Origin: Clostridia bacterium
GTDB lineage: Bacteria > Bacillota > Clostridia > Oscillospirales > UBA644
DNA length: 64,000 nucleotides
Direction of reading: 5' to 3'
Assembly: GCA_017623595.1 (NCBI GenBank)
Contig: JAGAOU010000044.1
Coordinates: forward strand, 68,914-132,913
This document shows, in pieces, positions 18,621 through 26,963 of the stretch; positions within the stretch are counted from its first letter, which is position 1, and the number at the start of each line of letters is the position of its first letter. A program made the translations under genes and the position numbers. The notes beneath the pieces are model-generated. The model was not told the DNA's origin, made no database searches, and was given only the letters and a program-made list of their open reading frames with translations.

Positions 18621-19442
18621 ATGAACGATAATATCCCTACGAATAATGTAGAGACAACGGTTGTGCCGGAAGTTCCCGCTTCTGCACCCAATCCTTCCCC
18701 CAGAATGAAAAAGAGAAAGAAGAAGAACAACTCCAAGAAAACATTGAATATTGTCATCAATGTGATTCTTGTCGTGGCCATTGTAATTGCCGCAGTTTGT
18801 ACTTACATCTCTTTTGTTACCACCTCCGGGAACGGCGTTCCCAATGTGTTCGGTCTCCGACTTCTGTCGATTCAGACCGACTCCATGTATCCTAAATTTA
18901 AGTCCGGAGATCTGATTATTTCCGTTGGCATCGACGATCCTTCAGAGCTCCGTCCAAAAGATATTATTACCTATTGGACCGTCATCAACGGTGAACGTGT
19001 CCTGAATACCCACCGTATTGAGAACATCTACGATGGCGGCGGGTATCTGATCTTTGAGACCAAGGGTGATAACAACGCCAACGTCGACCCCCTGACCGTC
19101 CATGAATCGGAACTGGTGGGTGTGTACAAGTTCTGTATCCCCGGCGTCGGTAAAGCCCTTGATTACCTGCAGACAAGCACCGGCTTTTTGCTGGTGGTTC
19201 TGATCCCCGTTCTGCTCTTCTTCCTGTATCATCTCGTTCAGTTCTTCCGCGTTTTGTTTGAATATCAGAACGTTAAGAACCGTATTAAGTTTGAGCAGGA
19301 AAGAGGCAAGACGGAAGATCTTCTTGCCGAACAGGCTCAACGTGAGGCTGAGCGTGCCCAGATGGAGGCTGAGTTGCGGGAAAAACTCCGTGCCGAACTT
19401 CTGGAAAGCATGGCCAGAGAAAAAGAATCGAAGGACGAATAA
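18621..19442 (+). CDS. signal peptidase I, SipW-like (ER/archaeal type, S26B), paralogue 1
   Basis: AGGAGG RBS. TM helix, catalytic Ser box QTDSMYPKFKSGDLI, His box NTHRI, and ETKGDNNANVD. Second TM helix near the C-terminus, as in B. subtilis SipW, then a charged tail (...ELREKLRAELLESMAREKESKDE). Confidence 0.8.
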   Translation: MNDNIPTNNVETTVVPEVPASAPNPSPRMKKRKKKNNSKKTLNIVINVILVVAIVIAAVCTYISFVTTSGNGVPNVFGLRLLSIQTDSMYPKFKSGDLIISVGIDDPSELRPKDIITYWTVINGERVLNTHRIENIYDGGGYLIFETKGDNNANVDPLTVHESELVGVYKFCIPGVGKALDYLQTSTGFLLVVLIPVLLFFLYHLVQFFRVLFEYQNVKNRIKFEQERGKTEDLLAEQAQREAERAQMEAELREKLRAELLESMAREKESKDE

Positions 19443-19492
19443 TTTTACCCCGTCCGTTTCGGGGGAACTATTTGGTTTAGAGAGCTTTTGTT

Positions 19493-21088
19493 ATGGATAA
19501 TTTTTTCAGATACTTTTTCCAGGATATCGGGAATGTTTTCCGCGCTTTCGTGGATGCACTTGTTGCGTTTTGGGACTTTATTTACCTGTTGTTTAACTTC
19601 CCCAAACGCATGGATATTATTGCTCAGTACAACGAATCCTTCTCCACAACGGAGTGGGTTTTGTTGCTGGTGGTCAATCTCATCCTCGTTGCGCTGATTA
19701 TTGTTCTGATTGTCTTTCTTGTAAAACTTTTCCGCAAGATATTCCGTTTCCGCATTTCGCCGAAAAAATACGATGATGTGGTGCGTCAGTTGCGTGCTCT
19801 TCAACGGGATTTGATCCGCGCAAACTACGAAAAGGATCGCCTTCTGGCCATGCGAGTGACTGAAATGGGCGGGAAAGATCCTCTTCCGCAGTTCGAGGGA
19901 ATGGAAGATCAAGAAGAAAATACGGAGCAAACAGAGCCGAAGGAAGATGTTCCCCTCGTATCCGCGAACCGCAATCGGTTCGATTCTCCCTGCGTGGATC
20001 CCGCCGACAGCCGTTTCTTCCGTCTGACCGGTGTGGACAACTTCTATAAAACCGAATATTATCCCCCCGTGTATGATGATAATGTCACCTTAAGTGAGTT
20101 CTGTGAGCGATTCCGCCTCTTTGCGGCATCCAGATTGCATCTGTATTATGATCTTGACATGATGCGGTTCTTTGTTGCGTCTATGGGTGCTGCCAGAATT
20201 ATCATTTTGCAAGGTATTTCCGGTACCGGTAAAACCAGTTTGCCCTATGCCTTCGGTAAGTTTGTTCAGAAGGACTCTACCGTGGTTTCTGTCCAGCCTT
20301 CCTGGCGTGAACGTACTGAGCTTTACGGTTATTTTAACGAATTTACCAAGCGCTATTCCGAAACCGAATTTTTGCGCGCCATTTACGAAGGAAACTATTA
20401 TCGCGATCCCCATGTGGTAATCCTGGACGAAATGAACATCGCCCGCGTGGAATACTACTTTGCGGAGATGCTCTCCATTCTTGAAATGCCGCTTCAGGAA
20501 GAATGGAAGGTCGATATTGTTACTTCTGTTTGGGATAACGACCCCTGCTTGATTGAAGGCGGTACCGTTCGTATTCCCAATAATATTTGGTTCGTCGGTA
20601 CCATCAATAACGACGACTCCACCTTTGCCGTCGCCGATAAGGTGTACGACCGTGCCATCCCCATCGACTTGGACAGCCGTGCGGAACCCTTTGAATGCGA
20701 GGATACCGATCCGATTTTTGTCTCTACAGATCGTCTTAGCTATCTGTTCGAAGAAGCAAAGAGTATGTATCCGGTATCGAATGAAATTCTTGAAAAGCTG
20801 GAGATCGTCAACGAATACGTTATTAAGAATTTCCGTCTGGCCTTCGGTAACCGTGTTATGAAGCAGATTAAGGACTTCGTTCCTTGCTTTGTTGCTTGCG
20901 GCGGAACCGAGCTTCAGGCTGTTGACTTTATTGTTGCGAAGAAAGTTCTCCGTAAACTGGAATCCTTGAGCCTTGGCTTTATGAAGGACGACCTGACGAA
21001 ATTCAGCAGTTTCTTGGATCGTACCTTTGGCAAGAACTCGATGATGTTCTGCAAGAATTATATTGAATTGTTGAAGAAGACCAACTGA
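19493..21088 (+). CDS. membrane-anchored McrB-like (AAA_5) AAA+ NTPase
   Basis: Two N-terminal hydrophobic segments (VFRAFVDALVAFWDFIYLLFNF; WVLLLVVNLILVALIIVLIVFLVKLF) and a short coiled coil. Walker A ILQGISGTGKTS. Walker B plus McrB-type helix VVILDEMNIARVEYYFAEMLSILE. IPNNIWFVGTINNDDSTFAVADKVYDRA matches the McrB 'N-x-x-i-i-G-T-M-N-t-a-D-r-S' region as I recall it. Confidence 0.7.
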   Translation: MDNFFRYFFQDIGNVFRAFVDALVAFWDFIYLLFNFPKRMDIIAQYNESFSTTEWVLLLVVNLILVALIIVLIVFLVKLFRKIFRFRISPKKYDDVVRQLRALQRDLIRANYEKDRLLAMRVTEMGGKDPLPQFEGMEDQEENTEQTEPKEDVPLVSANRNRFDSPCVDPADSRFFRLTGVDNFYKTEYYPPVYDDNVTLSEFCERFRLFAASRLHLYYDLDMMRFFVASMGAARIIILQGISGTGKTSLPYAFGKFVQKDSTVVSVQPSWRERTELYGYFNEFTKRYSETEFLRAIYEGNYYRDPHVVILDEMNIARVEYYFAEMLSILEMPLQEEWKVDIVTSVWDNDPCLIEGGTVRIPNNIWFVGTINNDDSTFAVADKVYDRAIPIDLDSRAEPFECEDTDPIFVSTDRLSYLFEEAKSMYPVSNEILEKLEIVNEYVIKNFRLAFGNRVMKQIKDFVPCFVACGGTELQAVDFIVAKKVLRKLESLSLGFMKDDLTKFSSFLDRTFGKNSMMFCKNYIELLKKTN

Positions 21089-21112
21089 TAAAACAGGAAA
21101 GGAGTGTACGCC

Positions 21113-23002
21113 GTGGCTGAAAGCAAAAAGAAGGCCCCTGCGGTTGAACAGAAAGAAAGCGATAATGTCGAGATTCTGTTTCAAAAGTATGTGAAAAGCG
21201 TAGTGCGCGCTCTCGGTAGTACACAGTTTTATCAGTATTTTATGGAATCTGTTGCAAGCGCGGAAAATGAAATTCAATTTTCCAACCGCCGCATGGAAAA
21301 AATTGTGGATACCGAATGGATCGATGCGGTTGAAAGTGCGTTGACCGGATTCCAAAACATTATCGAAAGTCCCCGTAATGTTATTCGCGAGGACGAATTG
21401 ATTGTTAATGTCGCCAATGCGAAAAAGACCGGCAGTGATGTGGTTCGTCACCTTTCTATGCATGCTTCTCTTGTTGAAGATTTCAACGAAGAAAGCGGCG
21501 ATGTTCGTCCCAGCAAGTTGATGCAGAAGTATCGCGAGGACTCGATCGGTCAGGTTTATGAGAACCGTGTTGTTTTTACAACACTGGAAATGGCTTATCA
21601 GTTTGTCAAGATCCGTCATGACGCACTTCTGAGTGCCATGAGTGAGGAGTTCGGCGCAAAGCTTAAGGTTAAGACCGATATGTCCAATCCTGTGGAATCG
21701 GTCCATATGGATATGTTTTTGCATATTCGTGACGTAGACGGTGCGCTGGATACGGACGATAAAAATCGGGAGGTTTTTGACCGTATTTCCCGTCTCTATC
21801 GGTTGCTTGCCAATGATATGAACAGCCATTTTGCCCGTCATATGTCTCGCTATCCTCGCGTGAAGGGTTCTGTTACAAAAACCAACGTGTTGAAGCGGAA
21901 TAAGAATTACCGTGTTATTTTGGAGCTTTTGGAGTATTTGCGGAGTTACGGTGATATTGGTTATACCATAAAAATCATTGAGCAAAACCCGCAGATTGAC
22001 GAAGTGTTCGAAAAGAATATTTTCCACAACGTATTGTTTCAGTATCTTCTGTTGAAAAACCATTTGGAACGGGATAAGGATCGTCGCCTCCCCTCTCCGA
22101 TGAAGGAGAAGAAGCGTGTTCTGAAGCCCAAATTTATCAAGGAAATTATCGAAGAGCTCACCGAAGATTATGATCTTCCCGACGTTGAGGTTCGTAAGGT
22201 TCTGATTGAAGAACTTACCAAGGAACAGCTGCTTCAGGAAGAAGCCGCGGAACGCAGACGTCTTGTGGAAGAGCAGGCACAGCGTAAGAAGGAAGAAGAA
22301 GCCCGTCGCAAGCAGGAAAAAGAAGCCGAGAAAGAGCGTCTCCGTCAGGAGCGTGAGGCTGAAAAGGAACGCCTGCGCCAAGAGCGTGAAGCCGAAGAAC
22401 AACGTTTGTTGATCGAACGCATGGAACGTGAGCAGGAAGACCGTCGCCGCAGTCGCTTGTTTAAGGCAGATCTTGACTTGTTTGCTAAGAATTTTGACGA
22501 GCGTTTGGAGCTTCGTGCACAGGCAAAAGCGATCAGAGAAACGGTTTCGCAGGATTTTGAAGATGCTGCATACATTTTGGAAGAGACCGAACGTCTGAAA
22601 AAAGAAGAAGCCGATCGAAAGAGACAGCGCAGACGGGAGGAGATGGAGCGTCGCCGTCAAGAAGAACGGGATGCTCAACTTCGGGCTTTGGCCGAAGAAG
22701 AAGCCAGACGTCAGGAAGAGATCCGTCAACAACAAGAGGCGGAAGCACTCTTGCGACAGCAATTGGCAGAACAGGAAGAGGCTGAGCGCAGAGAGCAGGA
22801 ATTCCGTGATCAGCAGGCCGTTGCCATATTTGTGAATGAGTTGGCTCTCTTTGGAAACGGTTTTCAAGCGCGATTGTTCTTGCGAGCGCAGGAGGAGCAG
22901 AGACTTCTGCAGCTTCGTGCCGCATTTGATGAAGAAAAGAGAAAGCGGCAGGATGCAAAAACCGCAGAGGAAAATCGCCGTTGGAGATTTGGTAAACGAT
23001 GA
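21113..23002 (+). CDS. partner of the AAA+ protein: ~330-aa N-domain + ~280-aa E/R/K/Q-rich coiled-coil or single-alpha-helix region; no nuclease motif seen
   Basis: ORF 21104..23002; GTG 21113 is 8 nt after AGGAAAGGAG. The N-domain contains ...DSIGQVYENRVVFTTLEMAYQFV... and sits in the position McrC/DUF2357 proteins occupy next to McrB. The C-terminus is extremely charged. The stop overlaps the next start (ATGA at 22999-23002). Confidence 0.6.
   Translation: MAESKKKAPAVEQKESDNVEILFQKYVKSVVRALGSTQFYQYFMESVASAENEIQFSNRRMEKIVDTEWIDAVESALTGFQNIIESPRNVIREDELIVNVANAKKTGSDVVRHLSMHASLVEDFNEESGDVRPSKLMQKYREDSIGQVYENRVVFTTLEMAYQFVKIRHDALLSAMSEEFGAKLKVKTDMSNPVESVHMDMFLHIRDVDGALDTDDKNREVFDRISRLYRLLANDMNSHFARHMSRYPRVKGSVTKTNVLKRNKNYRVILELLEYLRSYGDIGYTIKIIEQNPQIDEVFEKNIFHNVLFQYLLLKNHLERDKDRRLPSPMKEKKRVLKPKFIKEIIEELTEDYDLPDVEVRKVLIEELTKEQLLQEEAAERRRLVEEQAQRKKEEEARRKQEKEAEKERLRQEREAEKERLRQEREAEEQRLLIERMEREQEDRRRSRLFKADLDLFAKNFDERLELRAQAKAIRETVSQDFEDAAYILEETERLKKEEADRKRQRRREEMERRRQEERDAQLRALAEEEARRQEEIRQQQEAEALLRQQLAEQEEAERREQEFRDQQAVAIFVNELALFGNGFQARLFLRAQEEQRLLQLRAAFDEEKRKRQDAKTAEENRRWRFGKR
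22328..22393 (+). repeat. tandem 33-nt (11-aa) duplication EKERLRQEREA x2 inside the charged region
   Basis: gagaaagagcgtctccgtcaggagcgtgaggct / gaaaaggaacgcctgcgccaagagcgtgaagcc give an identical peptide with synonymous differences. Confidence 0.8.
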
Positions 23003-24324
23003 AAAATACAGTTGGCAAGCTGCTTGCAGCTTCTATGGCTCTGATTCTTTCGGTTGCGATGGTGGTTACAATCACTTACGCATGGACCACACTTTCCACG
23101 ACTCCCGTTGTGGAGGGGGTGCAGATTGCTATCAGCGGAAGCAGCACCATTCTGATTGCCCCCGATCTTTCTGAGGTTGTTGATGGAACTACTTATCACT
23201 ATCCGGGACATTTCAGTGATAATTTGAATTTTTCTCGTTATGAAAATTACTCGTATCTGTCCTCGCTTGATGCCCTTTCTCCCGTTTCGACCTCGAATGG
23301 CTTGCATTGGTTTCTTCCCGAGTATTATGATATTTCCGATGAAGCGGTTAAGAACGGTGAAGCTCGGGTCGGTGATGTGAAGCCTGTCCGTGATTTTGTT
23401 TTGGATACTGAGTTGGAGTTTGCAAATCTCAGCGGATCGGATGCTTCGACCGACGGACATTATCTCTATTTGGATTTTTGGGTTGTTTCTCCTTCCACGA
23501 ATTATACGCTTCGCATTTCCCGCGGAGATGAAAGTGGCGGCAGTTATTTGCTGGAGCTTCCTACCGTTTCTTCGAATGAGAGCGGATATACCTTGACGGA
23601 CAGTGATGGCTCTTTTGCGGCCGCTGCCCGCATCGGATTTTTGGCAAATACGGACTATGTTACAGATAACACCATGGTGTATTATCAAAAAAGTCCTGCC
23701 TATAATGACCAATTTCGTCGTTTGAGCGGTTTTTATCAGGAAAAGGGTTCTCTTCTCTATTCCGGAGATTATCGGTTCTTAATTTACGAGCCAAACGGGG
23801 ATCTGCATCCCGGGACGGAAAATACCGGATATGTTGCCACAACGCCGGTTGCAACCGATGGAAATCAAGTGTTCCTTGCCGATATCCGAGATCGTTTGAG
23901 TGTACAGCTTAATAATATTTGGAAAAAGAACGGCTCGGAATCTATTCTCCTGGAGCAGATTTTTCAAACTGCAATCTCCGGGAAGGATGTGGAGTCTCCC
24001 CAAGATGCTGCATCTCTCTTTTATGACGATTATTTGCAGGGGCAGTTTGCTCCTTATGTAACTACAGGGTCTTTTGTTTCGAATATATCCGCTTTGTACG
24101 GATGTATGGAAAATGATGGTTTCTCGGTGAGTGCTGAGGCCATGAATTCACTGAATTTATCAGGTGCTACAGAAGATACTTATATTGTAAAATTGGAAAA
24201 AAACGTACCGCAACGGATCCGTATGTTTGTTTGGATTGAGGGGCAGGATGTAGACTGCGATTCCTCTGCAAGCAACCGACGGTTTGCGTTGAGCATTGAA
24301 CTTGCGGGAAGCAATCAAGATTGA
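22999..24324 (+). CDS. SipW-type-signal, TasA-like family protein (441 aa)
   Basis: N-terminus LILSVAMVVTITYAWTTLSTTPVVEGVQIAISGSSTILIA. Motifs YLYLDFWVVSPSTNYTLRISRG, AAARIGFL, FLIYEPNGDLHPG and RMFVWIEGQDVDCDSSASNRRFALSIELAG. Confidence 0.7.
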   Translation: MKNTVGKLLAASMALILSVAMVVTITYAWTTLSTTPVVEGVQIAISGSSTILIAPDLSEVVDGTTYHYPGHFSDNLNFSRYENYSYLSSLDALSPVSTSNGLHWFLPEYYDISDEAVKNGEARVGDVKPVRDFVLDTELEFANLSGSDASTDGHYLYLDFWVVSPSTNYTLRISRGDESGGSYLLELPTVSSNESGYTLTDSDGSFAAAARIGFLANTDYVTDNTMVYYQKSPAYNDQFRRLSGFYQEKGSLLYSGDYRFLIYEPNGDLHPGTENTGYVATTPVATDGNQVFLADIRDRLSVQLNNIWKKNGSESILLEQIFQTAISGKDVESPQDAASLFYDDYLQGQFAPYVTTGSFVSNISALYGCMENDGFSVSAEAMNSLNLSGATEDTYIVKLEKNVPQRIRMFVWIEGQDVDCDSSASNRRFALSIELAGSNQD

Positions 24325-24326
24325 TT

Positions 24327-25055
24327 ATGAAGCATGCAGACAACAGAACGAAGATTCGGAACAGAATAATATCGGCATCGGTCACAGTCCTGTTGGTTCT
24401 ATCACTGTTTTGCTGTTTGTATGTGATTGTTCAGGTCTTGACCTGTGGATATGTTTCTTTTGGCGGTCATTGCTTTTTTCGGGTTGTGACCGGCAGTATG
24501 GAGCCTTCCCTCTCTGTGGGAGAATTGATTCTGACCGATGATGTGGACATCAAAGAGATCTGCGTCGGGGATGTTGTCAGTTTCCGTTCTCAATCGATCG
24601 ATACCATGGGGAATATTATTACCCACCGGGTGGTGGATGTTTCGCACAATGCAATGGGTGAAATCCAACTTTTGACGAAGGGGGATGCGAATCTGTCTGT
24701 GGATGGAATGTATGTAACCGCCTCGAATTTAATCGGAAAAGTTGTTTGGTCTTCCGGAGACAGTTTCCTTGCCTCCGTGATGTCGTTTTTGTCCGGTCGG
24801 TATGGTTTTCTCGCATGTATTGTATTTCCCTGTCTGCTAATTCTTGGCTTTGTGTTGAAAGACAATGTTAAGTCTATGAGACGCGACATGAAGAAGCTTG
24901 TAGATACAATGGAAAAATCCGGGGAAGATGTGGCACTGGTGTCTTCGGATGTTATTGCAGAAGAAGATTATGATGCTATGCGTGAACGCCTTCGTGCGGA
25001 ATTGATGGAGGAGCTATTGAATCGTGATGTTGAAGCACAGTCGAGAGAAGAATAA
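24327..25055 (+). CDS. signal peptidase I, SipW-like, paralogue 2
   Basis: ATG 24327 (TTG 24321 possible). Ser box VVTGSMEPSLSVGELI, His box ITHRVV, and LTKGDANLSVD. C-terminal TM helix FLACIVFPCLLILGFVL, then a charged tail ...MRERLRAELMEELLNRDVEAQSREE. Confidence 0.8.
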   Translation: MKHADNRTKIRNRIISASVTVLLVLSLFCCLYVIVQVLTCGYVSFGGHCFFRVVTGSMEPSLSVGELILTDDVDIKEICVGDVVSFRSQSIDTMGNIITHRVVDVSHNAMGEIQLLTKGDANLSVDGMYVTASNLIGKVVWSSGDSFLASVMSFLSGRYGFLACIVFPCLLILGFVLKDNVKSMRRDMKKLVDTMEKSGEDVALVSSDVIAEEDYDAMRERLRAELMEELLNRDVEAQSREE

Positions 25056-26892
25056 TTCTGCCGGCGGTCTGCTTGGGCTTCTGAAGGTATTGCAAAAAAA
25101 GGTATTGCTCCGCATTGTTTTGGTAGGATTGATCTTAGTTTTGACTTTGATCCTTGTTTTTGCTTTTACGATTGCGTGGCAAACAAATATTGTTCAGACC
25201 GGCGGCTTGATGTTTTCCGCAGAAACTTGGAATTTCAGCGGAGAAATCTCTGTTTCCGGGCAACCCGATGCGATTGCGCCCGGTGATAGCGGAACAATCG
25301 GGATTCAACTGAAGAATGAAAGTTCCAATTTGGTCGCAGCAAGCGTTACGGTGTCGAAAGATGGCCTGAACGAATTTGTGCGTCCCCGTATGTATTTTTA
25401 TGTTGATACTACTGTGGCACGAAATGAGGAAACCCTTTCCCGTGTTTATGTCAGCAGTAAGAGTAGTTATACTTATGTTGTTTTTCCTTATAGCGATCTT
25501 CAACTGAACGAAGATTCCGATTACTATCCTGTTCTGAAGTGGGAATGGGTTTATGACAACCTTGGTTACTATGTTCTCGGTCAGCCCGGCACAGATTCGT
25601 TTCAGATTGACGAATATATTCGACCGATCGAATATGAGTACGACCCCATGAGCACTTCGTTTGACGCAGACGGTAACTTGATTCAGTTGGAAGGAAAGAG
25701 TGTTTCCGAGTTCTTGCAAGCGTTTTCGCAAACCGACGGTTATGTCGGCACGATAGATACCACTGCTGCACAACAGGGGTATTATCCCGTCTCGGTTGAC
25801 GCTAATAATTACGGTGTTTGGGCTTATTTGTGCACCTATGATGAGATCCAATCCGGTGCGACTAAGGATTCCGAATTGGGGACGGGTAGTGCGACGTTGG
25901 GTTCTGCGTCTGTTGTTGTGACCGGCTGGAATAGCCAAGAAGCCGGTTCTCCTGTATACAATGAGGATACGTTGCTCCAAGCTTTGAGTTCTCCCGGGTT
26001 CAATCATGTCACACTGTCTCAGGATGTAACATTAACAGAGTCTGTTCTTTTGAAGTCGGGCTCTCAGACAATGCTTGATTTGAACGGCCATACTATCTCT
26101 TCCTCTGCACAAAGTGTTATTTCTGCAGAAGAAGGGGCAACCGTGATGATTTGCGACGGTGATATCGTCGGTCAGAACGGTGCTGAAAACGGCATTTATT
26201 CGGTTGGTTCTTCTGTTACTTTGAACAATGTAAACATCCGCGATGTTGTGGAAGGTATTACGGTTTTTGATCATAAGAACTCGCTTGGTTTGGATTCTTC
26301 GATTCACTTGGTCGATTGTAATGTCGTCGGTAAATTGGACGGTCTTTGGATCTATGGCAACGGCAGCGATTCCGCAAAGAACACCTCGGTTGTTATTGAA
26401 CACAGTACAATTGAAGGCTCCGGCTATATCGGTGTTCTTTGCAACGGTACGTATTTCGGTACGGATATTCGTATTTCGGAAGGAAGCGTTATCAAAGGTC
26501 ATTATGCTGCAATTTATTTCCCGCAGAGGGACAGCTTCTTGACGGTCAGCGATTCTACCCTTGAGGGTGGTACTGCATTGGCCGTAAAGGGCGGCGCTGT
26601 CAGGGTAATTGATTCTGTTATTATAGGAATAGGAGAGGCAAATCCTCCTCCCGCTGATCCCGCAAATCTTTCCAAGAGCGGTTTCTGGGATACCGGCGAT
26701 GGTGTTTATCTGGAAGCAAATTATACCGAATGGACTACAACTATCACTATTGAAGGCGATAATACAAATATCAGCAGTGCCAATGGTGAGGCCGTTCGCA
26801 TGTATCCTACGGGCGGTACCCATGCGAGTATCGTCATTTACGGTGGGACTTATAGTTCGGATGTTTCCGAATATTGGGCAGCCGATTCTTGA
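25024..26892 (+). CDS. SipW-type-signal, TasA-like N-domain fused to a parallel beta-helix (PbH1-like) C-terminal half (622 aa)
   Basis: GTG 25024 or ATG 25027 after GGAGGAG; overlaps the peptidase gene end. N-terminus LTLILVFAFTIAWQTNIVQTGGLMFSAETWNFSGEIS, then APGDSGTIGIQLKNESS (camelysin-like PGD...N motif). C-terminal half has repetitive V/I-x-G/N turns (MLDLNGHTISSS, VTLNNVNIRDV, IHLVDCNVVG, VVIEHSTIEGSG, IRISEGSVIKG, LTVSDSTLEGG). Confidence 0.65.
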   Translation: MMLKHSREKNNSAGGLLGLLKVLQKKVLLRIVLVGLILVLTLILVFAFTIAWQTNIVQTGGLMFSAETWNFSGEISVSGQPDAIAPGDSGTIGIQLKNESSNLVAASVTVSKDGLNEFVRPRMYFYVDTTVARNEETLSRVYVSSKSSYTYVVFPYSDLQLNEDSDYYPVLKWEWVYDNLGYYVLGQPGTDSFQIDEYIRPIEYEYDPMSTSFDADGNLIQLEGKSVSEFLQAFSQTDGYVGTIDTTAAQQGYYPVSVDANNYGVWAYLCTYDEIQSGATKDSELGTGSATLGSASVVVTGWNSQEAGSPVYNEDTLLQALSSPGFNHVTLSQDVTLTESVLLKSGSQTMLDLNGHTISSSAQSVISAEEGATVMICDGDIVGQNGAENGIYSVGSSVTLNNVNIRDVVEGITVFDHKNSLGLDSSIHLVDCNVVGKLDGLWIYGNGSDSAKNTSVVIEHSTIEGSGYIGVLCNGTYFGTDIRISEGSVIKGHYAAIYFPQRDSFLTVSDSTLEGGTALAVKGGAVRVIDSVIIGIGEANPPPADPANLSKSGFWDTGDGVYLEANYTEWTTTITIEGDNTNISSANGEAVRMYPTGGTHASIVIYGGTYSSDVSEYWAADS

Positions 26893-26963
26893 TTATTCGA
26901 GCGTAATAACGGGATGCGGTTAATCTGCAGCACAGTTTTTTTGCACGGAAAGGAGAGATGTGT

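Noticed and set aside
19493-23002. Interpretation as a conventional McrBC restriction/defence cassette inserted in the locus
   Set aside because: The McrB-like protein has TM segments instead of a DNA-binding domain, and the partner shows no nuclease motif. The pair is tightly packed with, and in one case overlaps, the flanking fibre genes. There are no flanking mobile-element genes, and I saw no obvious composition change by eye (GC not counted here). It is kept as a finding under a different interpretation.
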